Below are positions 1-8,715 of a stretch of DNA of 53,826 bases, piece after piece. Both the position numbers and the translations under genes were made by a program. Within the stretch, counting starts at the first letter, position 1. Every line of letters starts with the position of its first letter. Source of the stretch: Nitrospirota bacterium (lineage in GTDB: Bacteria > Nitrospirota > UBA9217). The stretch is taken from the NCBI GenBank assembly GCA_029858565.1, contig JAOUEV010000019.1, positions 1 to 53,826 on the forward strand. The letters run 5' to 3'. Below the pieces are notes generated by a model. It had not been told where the DNA came from. It was given only the letters and a program-made list of their open reading frames with translations, and did not search any database.

Positions 1-5
1 GGTGT

Positions 6-914
6 TCACGCTTGCAACCCTCGAAAGAGTTCCTGTTCACGTTCTTTACGCTTTTTTATTTCCATGTCCCGGGCATTCTTTCGTTCCTGATACTTTGCCC
101 GGTCGGCCCTATTCTTCGGCTTCGGCACCAACGGCACATCGCCGCTCACCAGCACAGCGCTCAGGGGCTTGAAAAGATCATCGGCTGCAAGCGTGAACAC
201 CGCCGGCTCGACCGGTTGGCTGGTCTTGACAGCGGTCCAGGGATTAATGGAAGTGAACTGGTACTTGACCGGGTAGAGATCGGGATTGTGGCAGGAAAGA
301 CAGTTCCAGACTGCCGCGGGCCCATGCACGTTGCGGGCCTTGGGGACTTCCCGGTGACAGGAGTAGCAGAGCACATCCTCAGGCTTTTTGTGATTACGGT
401 CCTGATTTTCCACTTCAAGGCGGTGGCACCCGGAGCAATCTGCCTCCTGATCCCGGGAATGGAACAACTGCTGAGTGAAATCGGCAGGGATGCTGCCGAA
501 ACTTTCTTCCCGATTAAAGACCGTGACCGACTTGGTCAGCACGACCGAAAGGCGCGGAGGCTCGCCCTTTTTCCGACTCGCCTCACCACCGGGAGCGGGC
601 GCGAGCACACGCACCGTGATCGTGTTGACTCCTGGCGCGAGATCAACGCCCTGGAAGGCATGACGGCCGCTGGATGTATCAATGACCGGAAACTCCGTTG
701 TACCGGCAACGACCTGGAACAAAGGAACGACGGACCAGTCCGTTGTCGGATCGAGAACGACATTCACCCTCCGCCCGACAGCCGACCGATTTTTCGGAAA
801 AAGGATGGAAAGTTCAGGTGAGGCCGGGGCCGGCATCGGAGCAAATGATCCTGCAACAAGACCGATGACGATTAGCCCTGCGAGTACCGCCACCTTGCGA
901 CGTGATAGTTTCAA
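6..914 (-). CDS. Secreted multiheme c-type cytochrome (3 CxxCH), possibly truncated
   Basis: N-terminal hydrophobic signal; CSGCH, CYSCH, CLSCH; GGGAG RBS before TTG start; stop lies 5 nt from the window edge. Confidence 0.7.
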   Translation of the reverse strand: MKLSRRKVAVLAGLIVIGLVAGSFAPMPAPASPELSILFPKNRSAVGRRVNVVLDPTTDWSVVPLFQVVAGTTEFPVIDTSSGRHAFQGVDLAPGVNTITVRVLAPAPGGEASRKKGEPPRLSVVLTKSVTVFNREESFGSIPADFTQQLFHSRDQEADCSGCHRLEVENQDRNHKKPEDVLCYSCHREVPKARNVHGPAAVWNCLSCHNPDLYPVKYQFTSINPWTAVKTSQPVEPAVFTLAADDLFKPLSAVLVSGDVPLVPKPKNRADRAKYQERKNARDMEIKKRKEREQELFRGLQA

Positions 915-992
915 CGTTCAGCTCCCGTTACCAAAATCTGCGGACTCGGCTGAGGCGCGTTCTGCGAAATCCCGGCGATCGCCGACACGAGA

Positions 993-2330
993 TCACCGTG
1001 AATATTTTTTCTCTCCATGGCATCCCGGAAGGCACGCCCCCCCGTTCTTCACAGGCACGAAGTTCATGGGCATGTTCCAGCCGCTGAACAGGACCCCTTG
1101 CTTCACATGCTTGTACTGTCCGCTGTCTGCATGCACTTCATGACATGCCCTGCAGGTACGTCCCTTCCCGACCTTGTTGACATGAACGAAATGAAGATTC
1201 CTCTCGCCGTCGCGAAAGCCCGTTGCGACCTTTGTCTTCTGTTCAGTAAATGCCGTCTTGTCATGACAGGAGAAGCACAATGCATATTTTCCATCGGCAT
1301 ATGTCGTATAGAATTCACTGGGATAGTACTGGGTCAGTATCCTCCAGAAATTGGATCCGTGAGGATTGTGACAGGAGATGCAATCACCGCCCTTGATGGG
1401 GCCGTGGGCGTTCTTGTTCTGGTCAAAGAGAGCCTTCATGTCCATGATCTTGCCCCGGCCGGTCTCAAGCTCCTTGTTATGACAGGCCAGACACAGCGCC
1501 ATAGGCGATGTCAGGAGCAGTTTCGACTGATCGGAGAAGTGGGGATCATGGCAGTTCTTGCAGCTTTTCTGATCTATCATGGGTCCATGTTTCGTGAGCG
1601 ACCGCTGGCGTGCCATTGCCTCGTTCGGATGGCAATTCGCGCAGAGGTCGGGCACAGCAGCGCTCAACATGGCCGGAGTTTCGGAACCGTGAGGACTGTG
1701 GCATTGCACACAGGACTGCTTCACCGGATAATGGCCCACCTTTTTCGTTTTGAGCCCTTCCTCCTTGTCCGGATGGCACTGGAAACACAAGGCGTTGCCG
1801 TCGGCCATGAGGCGGTTCGGAAAATCGCTCTGATGATTGTCGTGACAGCCGGAACAATCTCCTCCGGCAACCGGCGGATGCATGACCTTGTGTTTCACGA
1901 TCGAGTCGGGATGGCACTGAAAACAGATGTCCGGCATTGCCGCTTTGAGCATGCCTTTGTTCGGTGATTGGTGCGGATTATGACAGGACGTACAGTCGCC
2001 GCCCATGATCGGGGCATGTACGACCTTTTTCACGTTCTTGGGCTCATGGCACATTGCGCAGAGTTCCGAACCCTGCTGTGAAAGGGTGATAACGAGGTTG
2101 TTGGGATGCTTGGTCTTCTTTTGCGGATCATCCGCGACCTGGTGGCAGGTCGTACACATGCCTTCCTTCACCGGATTATGTACGAACTGTTCCTTTCCCA
2201 TCGTGGGATGACAGACGGCGGTGACACATCCTTCCGTCTGAGCCGGTGTCGGAGTGGCCCCGGGAGCCCATGCCAGGAAGACGCTTCCGGCGAAGAACAA
2301 CAGCAGCGACCATCGATTCCTCATGTTCAT
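993..2330 (-). CDS. Periplasmic multiheme cytochrome c with paired-CXXCH repeats (13 CxxCH plus CX4CH and CX3CH)
   Basis: Signal peptide; repeated H.P...C..CH.PH...L....LC..CH units; GAGGAGAGG RBS directly before ATG 2330. Confidence 0.9.
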   Translation of the reverse strand: MNMRNRWSLLLFFAGSVFLAWAPGATPTPAQTEGCVTAVCHPTMGKEQFVHNPVKEGMCTTCHQVADDPQKKTKHPNNLVITLSQQGSELCAMCHEPKNVKKVVHAPIMGGDCTSCHNPHQSPNKGMLKAAMPDICFQCHPDSIVKHKVMHPPVAGGDCSGCHDNHQSDFPNRLMADGNALCFQCHPDKEEGLKTKKVGHYPVKQSCVQCHSPHGSETPAMLSAAVPDLCANCHPNEAMARQRSLTKHGPMIDQKSCKNCHDPHFSDQSKLLLTSPMALCLACHNKELETGRGKIMDMKALFDQNKNAHGPIKGGDCISCHNPHGSNFWRILTQYYPSEFYTTYADGKYALCFSCHDKTAFTEQKTKVATGFRDGERNLHFVHVNKVGKGRTCRACHEVHADSGQYKHVKQGVLFSGWNMPMNFVPVKNGGACLPGCHGEKKYSR

Positions 2331-2533
2331 CCTCTCCTCGACACGAAAGGTAACAGCCCAAGACGAACAAGGCATGTCCAGCGGGGACATCGTTCACCCA
2401 GCCCGTGAACATACCGGTTTCCCAGCTGTTTTCCCGGCCGGACCGATTGCATGACCTGATTGCTGAACATCTTCTGGATTGTGTTGCCGGGCCTGTCTCC
2501 GAGCGCTCTCAAAGACAAGATGGGTGTTTGGCC

Positions 2534-2562
2534 ACCATAACATAAACGTTAAAATATGACAA
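2534..2562 (-). promoter_or_regulatory. Sigma70-like promoter for the leftward cytochrome genes
   Basis: TTGTCA-N17-TATGGT with extended -10 TG on the minus strand. Confidence 0.5.
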
Positions 2563-2588
2563 GCAAATACTCAATAAAATACTTTTTC

Positions 2589-2618
2589 TTGACAGGAACA
2601 GCTTTTTACGATTAAATT
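2589..2618 (+). promoter_or_regulatory. Sigma70-like promoter for the small secreted protein
   Basis: TTGACA-N18-TAAATT, ending 7 nt before ATG 2626. Confidence 0.35.
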
Positions 2619-2625
2619 GGTACCC

Positions 2626-2943
2626 ATGAAGATTAAATGGGCATCGAACCGGACCGTATCGAACACCTGTTCAATTGCAATTGTCTGCGCCATGCTTTCC
2701 CTACCAACGCTTGTCCTGGCAGAGGACTGGAAAACGGCTTTTGAGGACATTTGTTCGCAGGTGCAGGGCGCCGATTCCCTGAGCCAGCAGCAGATCGAGG
2801 ACATGATCAAGAAAGCCGACAAGATCCTCCCTGAGATCCAAACGTCGAACGACCCCGGGAAGAAGGTCTATATCACCCGGCTCAAGAGATGTCGCGGCGT
2901 ATACGAGTTCATGCTGGACACAAAAAAGAGCTCTCAGAAGTAA
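2626..2943 (+). CDS. Small secreted helical hypothetical protein
   Basis: Signal peptide ending VLA-EDW; two Cys in the mature part; start could be 2617, 2626 or 2692. Confidence 0.7.
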   Translation: MKIKWASNRTVSNTCSIAIVCAMLSLPTLVLAEDWKTAFEDICSQVQGADSLSQQQIEDMIKKADKILPEIQTSNDPGKKVYITRLKRCRGVYEFMLDTKKSSQK

Positions 2944-2994
2944 GCAGCCTTGGTCGTCCCCGGTGCCACCACCCCGGCGTTCCCAGTGATGAAT

Positions 2995-4659
2995 TTATTT
3001 TGCCGCTGCCGTGCCGCCGCTCAACACAACAGTATAGAATTTACCTGCCGCCACGTCATTGATGCCCGCCACATCCCAGATCCGGACAGGACTCGGTTTA
3101 GGCGGCTGGTTCTTCAGGTCCTTCCCCCACACCCATATCGTACCGTCCCCCATGACCGCGAGAGAGTGATACATGCCCGCGGACACTTTCTTGATGTTCG
3201 CGAGTCCATCGATCCTGAAGGCTGAGCTTCCGTTCGCCGTCTTGTTCCCGAGCTGACTGAACTCATTCCCTCCCCAGGCCCACACACTGCCGTCAGCCTT
3301 AAGCGCAAGCGTGTGGTGAAGACCCGACTGAATATCCATGATGTCGGAGAGACCCTTGACCTGGACCGGTTCCGGGCGGTCGGTCCGCGTTCCGTCGCCC
3401 AGCATGCCATTGATGTTCCACCCCCATGCCCAGACCGTTTTGTCGGACTTTACCGCTACGGTATGATGAAGCCCGGCAGCCACTCCGACAACGCCTGATA
3501 ACGAGGAGACTCGGACCGGGCTGTTCCTGTCCTTCTGTGAGCCATCTCCGAGCTGTCCGTAGACGTTCCTTCCCCACGCCCAGACCGTACCATCAGACTT
3601 CACCGCTACGGTGTGATACATTCCCGCAGCGATCTTTACGATGTCGGATAGACCGCTTACCCTGACCGGAACGTTGCTGTCCTCGGAGTTTCCGTTGCCC
3701 AACTGTCCATAGGAGTTCCTTCCCCACGCCCAGACCGTACCGTTGGACTGCAATGCCACGGTGTGGTACATGCCGGCTGCAACATCGGTCGCCTTCAGCA
3801 GGTCCTTGGCCGCTACCGGAACCCGGCTGTCATCGGTCGTCCCGTTCCCCAGCTGGCCACGATTGTTCCGGCCCCAGGTCCAGACGGAACCATCCGCCTT
3901 GAGCGCGACCGCATGCTCCAGTCCTGCTGATACCTTCACCACGTTCTCGAGACCGCTTACCGGCAGGAAAGCGTCCCGGCCCCCGGTGGATCCGTCGCCC
4001 AGTTGGCCATACTCGTTCATACCGCCGGTCATGACCATGCTGGCCTTGGCAGTTGTCGGCATCCAGCTGCTCCGGACCGGCCAGAGGAAACGGTAATTGC
4101 AGTAGGATATGTAATCCATGATCATTTCACCCGAGGCCATGTCTACGATCCAGATGTAATCGATGATGTCGCGCCCGGTCGACGAGGACCAGTAGAAATG
4201 ATTCTGCACATTCGTGAACGGATGGCCGATCGGAAGTGCTGGATAGAATCTGGACCTGTCCGCCAGCGTCTCTATCTCATTGATCGTTGGAAGACGCCAG
4301 TCGGTGAAACCGAAATTCGGGCGCTTGCCGCTGTTCATCTCCTGCAGGAACTGCTTTGCCCCGTCATAGGGCAGCGGCAAGCTGCTTACATTGGCATCCT
4401 TGATCCATATAAGGCCAGTGTTCTTGTCGAGGATTGCCCCTTCATTCTCAGCGCCATATCGCGCGTTCATCTGCGCTGGAGCTTTGTCTCCCTTGCCCGG
4501 AGAGTCCCTGTCCGGGGCTGACGGATCTGACCCGGCAGTTTCCTTTGCCGCGGCCTTTTTGTCCTTTACGGAAGTTTTTTTCGCAGGAGCCGCCAGAACA
4601 TCCGGTTGGATCGACAGAACCACCAGGATCATCAAGAAACCAGCCAAGGCTTTTCGCAT
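2995..4659 (-). CDS. Secreted DUF1566 (Lcl C-terminal-like) plus RCC1-repeat beta-propeller protein
   Basis: D..TGLIW, GFTDWRLPTINE and YWSSS motifs, followed by about 7 AG..H.VA...DGTVWAWG.N..GQLG repeats. Confidence 0.85.
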   Translation of the reverse strand: MRKALAGFLMILVVLSIQPDVLAAPAKKTSVKDKKAAAKETAGSDPSAPDRDSPGKGDKAPAQMNARYGAENEGAILDKNTGLIWIKDANVSSLPLPYDGAKQFLQEMNSGKRPNFGFTDWRLPTINEIETLADRSRFYPALPIGHPFTNVQNHFYWSSSTGRDIIDYIWIVDMASGEMIMDYISYCNYRFLWPVRSSWMPTTAKASMVMTGGMNEYGQLGDGSTGGRDAFLPVSGLENVVKVSAGLEHAVALKADGSVWTWGRNNRGQLGNGTTDDSRVPVAAKDLLKATDVAAGMYHTVALQSNGTVWAWGRNSYGQLGNGNSEDSNVPVRVSGLSDIVKIAAGMYHTVAVKSDGTVWAWGRNVYGQLGDGSQKDRNSPVRVSSLSGVVGVAAGLHHTVAVKSDKTVWAWGWNINGMLGDGTRTDRPEPVQVKGLSDIMDIQSGLHHTLALKADGSVWAWGGNEFSQLGNKTANGSSAFRIDGLANIKKVSAGMYHSLAVMGDGTIWVWGKDLKNQPPKPSPVRIWDVAGINDVAAGKFYTVVLSGGTAAAK

Positions 4660-5035
4660 AGTATCCACAACCTTCCGTTGTCTCAATTATAATATCGAAC
4701 GCTGCTTTAAATTAAATACGTGGCCTATTGTAGCCAAAGCTATTTTGCTTGTAAAGTATTACTTGGCACGCGACTGCCGGCCTAATGTGATTTTGAGCTC
4801 ATTGGGAAGTAAGTCTCTCAAAATAATTCCACTTTACAATCAATGCAGGGTTATGCTACTCTACGTACGGACATCAGGAACATATTCACTATTGAGCGGT
4901 AATCAACAACAAATGAGCGTATCCGCTCATTATTTTTATGCATTCGTTTTCTAGATAACCTAAAAAAATCAATACGCTTTGTAATAGCGATACAATTTAT
5001 TTTGGTTTTTGAAGGTATAGTAATTGCATAAATCA

Positions 5036-5052
5036 AGCAAGAAAAGTGCCTG
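5036..5052 (-). promoter_or_regulatory. Candidate sigma54 (-24/-12) promoter
   Basis: CAGGCAC-TTTTC-TTGCT on the minus strand with GG-N10-GC spacing, in the AT-rich divergent intergenic region. Confidence 0.35.
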
Positions 5053-5143
5053 TTAATTCAATCCGCTTCGGATGAACGAAAACCTATCGCATTCATCCTG
5101 AAATACCAAATAATCGAACTACAACCGAAGGTAGGGGAATAAT

Positions 5144-6559
5144 ATGCTACGAAATGTCGGTCTTGTTGCGGCAATAGGGATCCTGGCAGTTATGATCGCT
5201 CTGGTTGCAGGGCCGGCGCAGATCGCGTCGGCTGAAGTGAACGATGACTATGCTCTCAAGATCTCCCTGGAGAACCAGATGGAGAGAAAGCTCAAGCAGG
5301 TCATTGTCGAGATCACTGGCACTGACAAGGTCGTGATCTTCGTGAACGCCGAGCTGGTATCCAAGGGCGGTGACCGGGGAAAGATCGAAAAGAAAGCCGA
5401 TGCTCTTGTCCTGCCGGGAGTTCCGGCGAAAAAAGAATTCGGGACCGGCCAGTCCTCGGAGTTGATGCTTCCCGGCTCGGGCAAATACTCGGTCAATAAG
5501 ATCATCCTTTCCATCTGGATCGACAGCAGCGTTCCGGGATCGATCGTCGACCTGATCCAGGACATCGCCAAGAACGTGATCGGTTTCAGCCAGACCCGGG
5601 GCGACCAGATCAACGTGAAAAAAGTGGATTTCGAGTCCAAGGGCTTCTTCCGCACCCTCTTCGCCTTCCCGAACTTCCTGTGGCTGATACTTACCATCGT
5701 CGGCGGTTTCATGCTCGTGACCGTCGGCATGTTCTTCATGGACCCGCTCAAGAAAGTGGTCCCGGCCTTGAAGGATATCGACTGGCCTCTTATTCGCGGC
5801 ACCGGCCAGGCAACGGCGGTCGAGCGAACAACGACCTTTGAGCGCGAGGTCATCTCCGGCGGTGCCGCTCAGCAGGCGGTTCAGTCGCTGGCGCCGCAGG
5901 ACGAAGGGCTTCCTTTCTCGTTCGTCCGCGAACGCGACATCCCCGGCCTGGCGTTCCTGTTAAAGGACCGGACGCCGCAGGACATTGCTATCGCCGTCAA
6001 TTATCTCGATCCAACGTTGTCAATGCGCCTGCTCGAGCGCTTTCCCAAGGAAAAGCAGGTCGAAGTTGCGATCGTTCTCGGTAAAGAAGAGATCAATCCG
6101 GAAAAGGTCACCGCGCTCGAGGAACTGGTCAAGAGCAAGCTGTCCTATGTCGTGGGCGGCGAGAACAAACTGGTCATGCTCCTGGATATGACCAATGAGG
6201 ACGTGCGCGACAAGGTCGTGAAGGCCATGGAGGCAAAGGACGGTCAGGCAGGATCACGTCTTAAGCAGCGGATCAAGTCCCTGGAAACGATCCTCGCCGA
6301 AATGCCGGCCCCGGGCATCCAGACCCTTTACCGCAACATCGACACCACGCTCTTTGCCCAGATACTCAAGTCGTCACCCGATGACATCCAGCAAAAGGTG
6401 ATTTCCTCGCTCAGCACCGGCGCCGCAGAACGGCTCAAAGAGGAGATGCAGCTCAGCCGTACCCTCTCCTTGACACGACTCGCCAGGGAGCGGCAGAACC
6501 TGATGGTCCTGGTCCGGAAGCTGATCAGCGAAGGCATTGTGGAGGTTGAGAACAGCTAA
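5144..6559 (+). CDS. FliF RBM3-like ring domain fused to FliG middle and C-terminal domains
   Basis: Signal peptide; LE..ME.KL...I..I.G...V...VNAEL and IAKNVIGFSQTRGDQINV (FliF C-terminal ring motif); one TM at about aa 178-198; then PFSF, PQDIA, GG linker and LSTGAAERLKEEM, VRKLISEGIV (FliG). Confidence 0.8.
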   Translation: MLRNVGLVAAIGILAVMIALVAGPAQIASAEVNDDYALKISLENQMERKLKQVIVEITGTDKVVIFVNAELVSKGGDRGKIEKKADALVLPGVPAKKEFGTGQSSELMLPGSGKYSVNKIILSIWIDSSVPGSIVDLIQDIAKNVIGFSQTRGDQINVKKVDFESKGFFRTLFAFPNFLWLILTIVGGFMLVTVGMFFMDPLKKVVPALKDIDWPLIRGTGQATAVERTTTFEREVISGGAAQQAVQSLAPQDEGLPFSFVRERDIPGLAFLLKDRTPQDIAIAVNYLDPTLSMRLLERFPKEKQVEVAIVLGKEEINPEKVTALEELVKSKLSYVVGGENKLVMLLDMTNEDVRDKVVKAMEAKDGQAGSRLKQRIKSLETILAEMPAPGIQTLYRNIDTTLFAQILKSSPDDIQQKVISSLSTGAAERLKEEMQLSRTLSLTRLARERQNLMVLVRKLISEGIVEVENS

Positions 6560-6560
6560 T

Positions 6561-7343
6561 ATGGCAAAAACAAACAGCCAAATAGATAAAATGACCATTA
6601 TCGGGCTCGTCGCGATCCTGCTGACGATCCTGTACGTCCTTGCCGTTGGGAACATCCTGCACATGCTCTTCAACCCGCTGGCGCTGATCATCGTATACGG
6701 CGGAACGTTCAGTGCGACGCTGATAGCCTACCCCTGGTCGGTCATCAAGGAGATCGCCCCGTCGCTCCGCATCATGCTGTTCCCGAGCAAGCATTCGGAA
6801 CAGGATATGGAGGAGATGATCGCCACCCTTGCAACCCTCGCTGAAAAGGCGCGCCGGGACGGCATTGAAAGCCTGCAGGCCGAGATCCCGAAGATCACCG
6901 ACAAATTCCTGGTTCACGGCGTCCAGATGCTGGTGGATGGCCTGGAACACGACGTCATCAAGGACAATCTGAGCCGGGAGATATTCTACACCCGTCACAA
7001 CCAGCAGAAGGTCTCCGGGGCCTTCCGGACCATGGCCACGGTCGCTCCCATCTTCGGACTGCTGGGCACACTCATGGGCATCGTTGACATGCTCAGGAAC
7101 CTGTCCAATCCGACCAGCATGGGCGCCGCCATGTCCAACGCGGTGACCGCAACGTTCTACGGCATCTTCTCGGCGAATGTGTTCATCCCGATCGCAACCA
7201 AGCTCACGGACCATAGTGAACGGGATATCATTAACAAGGAAATGATCGCCGAGGGCGTCATGGCGATCCAGGAAGGTGATGTTCCCCTGATCGTACGGAA
7301 GAAACTGACCGCCTTCATCATGGCGCACATGCGGCAGAAGTAA
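6561..7343 (+). CDS. motA: MotA/PomA-family stator A subunit
   Basis: GGTFSATL, ARRDGI, GVQMLVDG, APIFGLLGTLMG, TATFYG and EGVMAIQEG motifs. Confidence 0.9.
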   Translation: MAKTNSQIDKMTIIGLVAILLTILYVLAVGNILHMLFNPLALIIVYGGTFSATLIAYPWSVIKEIAPSLRIMLFPSKHSEQDMEEMIATLATLAEKARRDGIESLQAEIPKITDKFLVHGVQMLVDGLEHDVIKDNLSREIFYTRHNQQKVSGAFRTMATVAPIFGLLGTLMGIVDMLRNLSNPTSMGAAMSNAVTATFYGIFSANVFIPIATKLTDHSERDIINKEMIAEGVMAIQEGDVPLIVRKKLTAFIMAHMRQK

Positions 7344-7372
7344 TACCCCGATGCTCAAGTCCAGGACAGGTA

Positions 7373-8050
7373 ATGTCAGAAATAAGCGATAAAGATAAAG
7401 AGAGCGGCAACATCTGGTTGATCATCTTCTCGGATATCACGACCAACCTCATGCTGTTCTTTCTCATGCTCTTTGCCATGACCCGCATGACCTCTGCGGA
7501 CAAGCAACTCCTGGTGGCCGGCATGGAAAGCACGGTCATCAATGAAGCTTCCCGCAAGCAGGTAGAGATGGAGCGCCAGGCAAAGAAGCAGCGTGAGGAA
7601 GAGGCCATCAAGCGTCTTCAGCAGGCAGTCAGCGAAGGCCGGCTTGCCGGAAAAACCGCTATCAATGTCACCGACAAATCGGTCAATATCGCCTTGAATC
7701 CGGAGTCATTCTTTTCCATCGGAAGCGCCAAGCTCAACCCCGGAACGATCAATGTGCTTGAGGACCTGGTGACGCTCATAGAATCCTTTCCCAATGATAT
7801 CATCATTGAAGGTCATACGGACCCGACGCCGGTGCGGGGAGGCGCTTATCGCTCGAACTGGGAACTCTCGATCGCACGGGCTGTCGGCGTCGTGAACTTC
7901 TTCACTGCATCAGGGCTGAATCCCAAACAGCTTGTAGCCGCAGGCTACGGCGAGTTCCATCCCGCTTATGCAAACGATACGGAAGCGAACCGCGCCCGGA
8001 ACAGGCGCATCGAGATCACGCTGGTCCGCCAGCCGGGAGAGATGCTGTGA
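7373..8050 (+). CDS. motB: MotB-family stator B subunit with OmpA-like domain; catalytic Asp present
   Basis: WLIIFSDITTNLMLFF TM helix; EGHTD, SNWELSIARA, GYGEFHP, NRRIEI. Confidence 0.9.
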   Translation: MSEISDKDKESGNIWLIIFSDITTNLMLFFLMLFAMTRMTSADKQLLVAGMESTVINEASRKQVEMERQAKKQREEEAIKRLQQAVSEGRLAGKTAINVTDKSVNIALNPESFFSIGSAKLNPGTINVLEDLVTLIESFPNDIIIEGHTDPTPVRGGAYRSNWELSIARAVGVVNFFTASGLNPKQLVAAGYGEFHPAYANDTEANRARNRRIEITLVRQPGEML

Positions 8051-8715
8051 TATCGGCGCTCCAAAGATTCGTCCGGTATACCGAAGAGCACATGGAAGAG
8101 ACCGAGCTCTGGATGCTGCCCTACAGCACCCTGATGCTCACCCTGGTCATCCTGTTCATCATGTTCTACGCCTTTTCCCAATCCCAGTCCGTCGAGTACG
8201 AGACCGCCCTGTCCGACCTTGCCTCGACCAATCCCGACGATCCACGTGTCAAACAGCTGAAGCAGGAGATCGCCCTTGCACAGAATATCCGCGACTTCAT
8301 ACAGAAGAACAATCTTGCCGGCAAGATCCAGGTAATCATGACCCCCCACTCCATCAAGATCAAGATGGAGAGCCTCGCGCTGTTCGACAGCGGAAGCGCC
8401 GATCTGAAACAGGACAGCAGGATGTTTCTTGACCATTTGCACGAGCAGCTCAAACCGCTGAGCAACCGTGTCATTGCCGAGGGTCACACCGACAATGTGC
8501 CGATCCACACTGCCCAGTTCAACTCGAACTGGGAGCTTTCTTCGGCCCGGGCCTTCAGCGTCATTTACTATTTCATCAACAAGGGGCTCGCGCCGGAACG
8601 CCTGGTCGCGCATGGGCTCGGTGAATACCGGCCTGCGTTCTCGAACGAGTCCGAAACCGACCGGGCGAAGAACCGCCGGATCGAGATCACGATTGTAAGA
8701 GGAGTCTCCGGGTGA
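8047..8715 (+). CDS. motB: Second MotB-family protein; Thr at the catalytic Asp position
   Basis: WMLPYSTLMLTL TM helix; EGHTD, SNWELSSARA, NRRIEI; GTGA overlap with the preceding motB. Confidence 0.85.
   Translation: MISALQRFVRYTEEHMEETELWMLPYSTLMLTLVILFIMFYAFSQSQSVEYETALSDLASTNPDDPRVKQLKQEIALAQNIRDFIQKNNLAGKIQVIMTPHSIKIKMESLALFDSGSADLKQDSRMFLDHLHEQLKPLSNRVIAEGHTDNVPIHTAQFNSNWELSSARAFSVIYYFINKGLAPERLVAHGLGEYRPAFSNESETDRAKNRRIEITIVRGVSG

Noticed and set aside
3050-4020. Regularly spaced DNA repeats resembling a CRISPR array
   Set aside because: They are coding RCC1 repeats; no CRISPR array, cas gene, tRNA or rRNA was seen in the window
4763-4778. Sigma54 promoter TTGGCACGCGACTGCC for the motor operon
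   Set aside because: GG to GC spacing is 9 nt rather than the required 10
6561-8715. MotAB pair as Zorya (ZorAB) anti-phage system
   Set aside because: The A subunit lacks the long cytoplasmic tail of ZorA, no ZorC/D/E is present, and a FliG-like partner is adjacent
6561-8715. ExbBD/TolQR energiser
   Set aside because: The B subunits have OmpA-like domains and the A subunit keeps the cytoplasmic torque domain; no TonB or TolA gene is present
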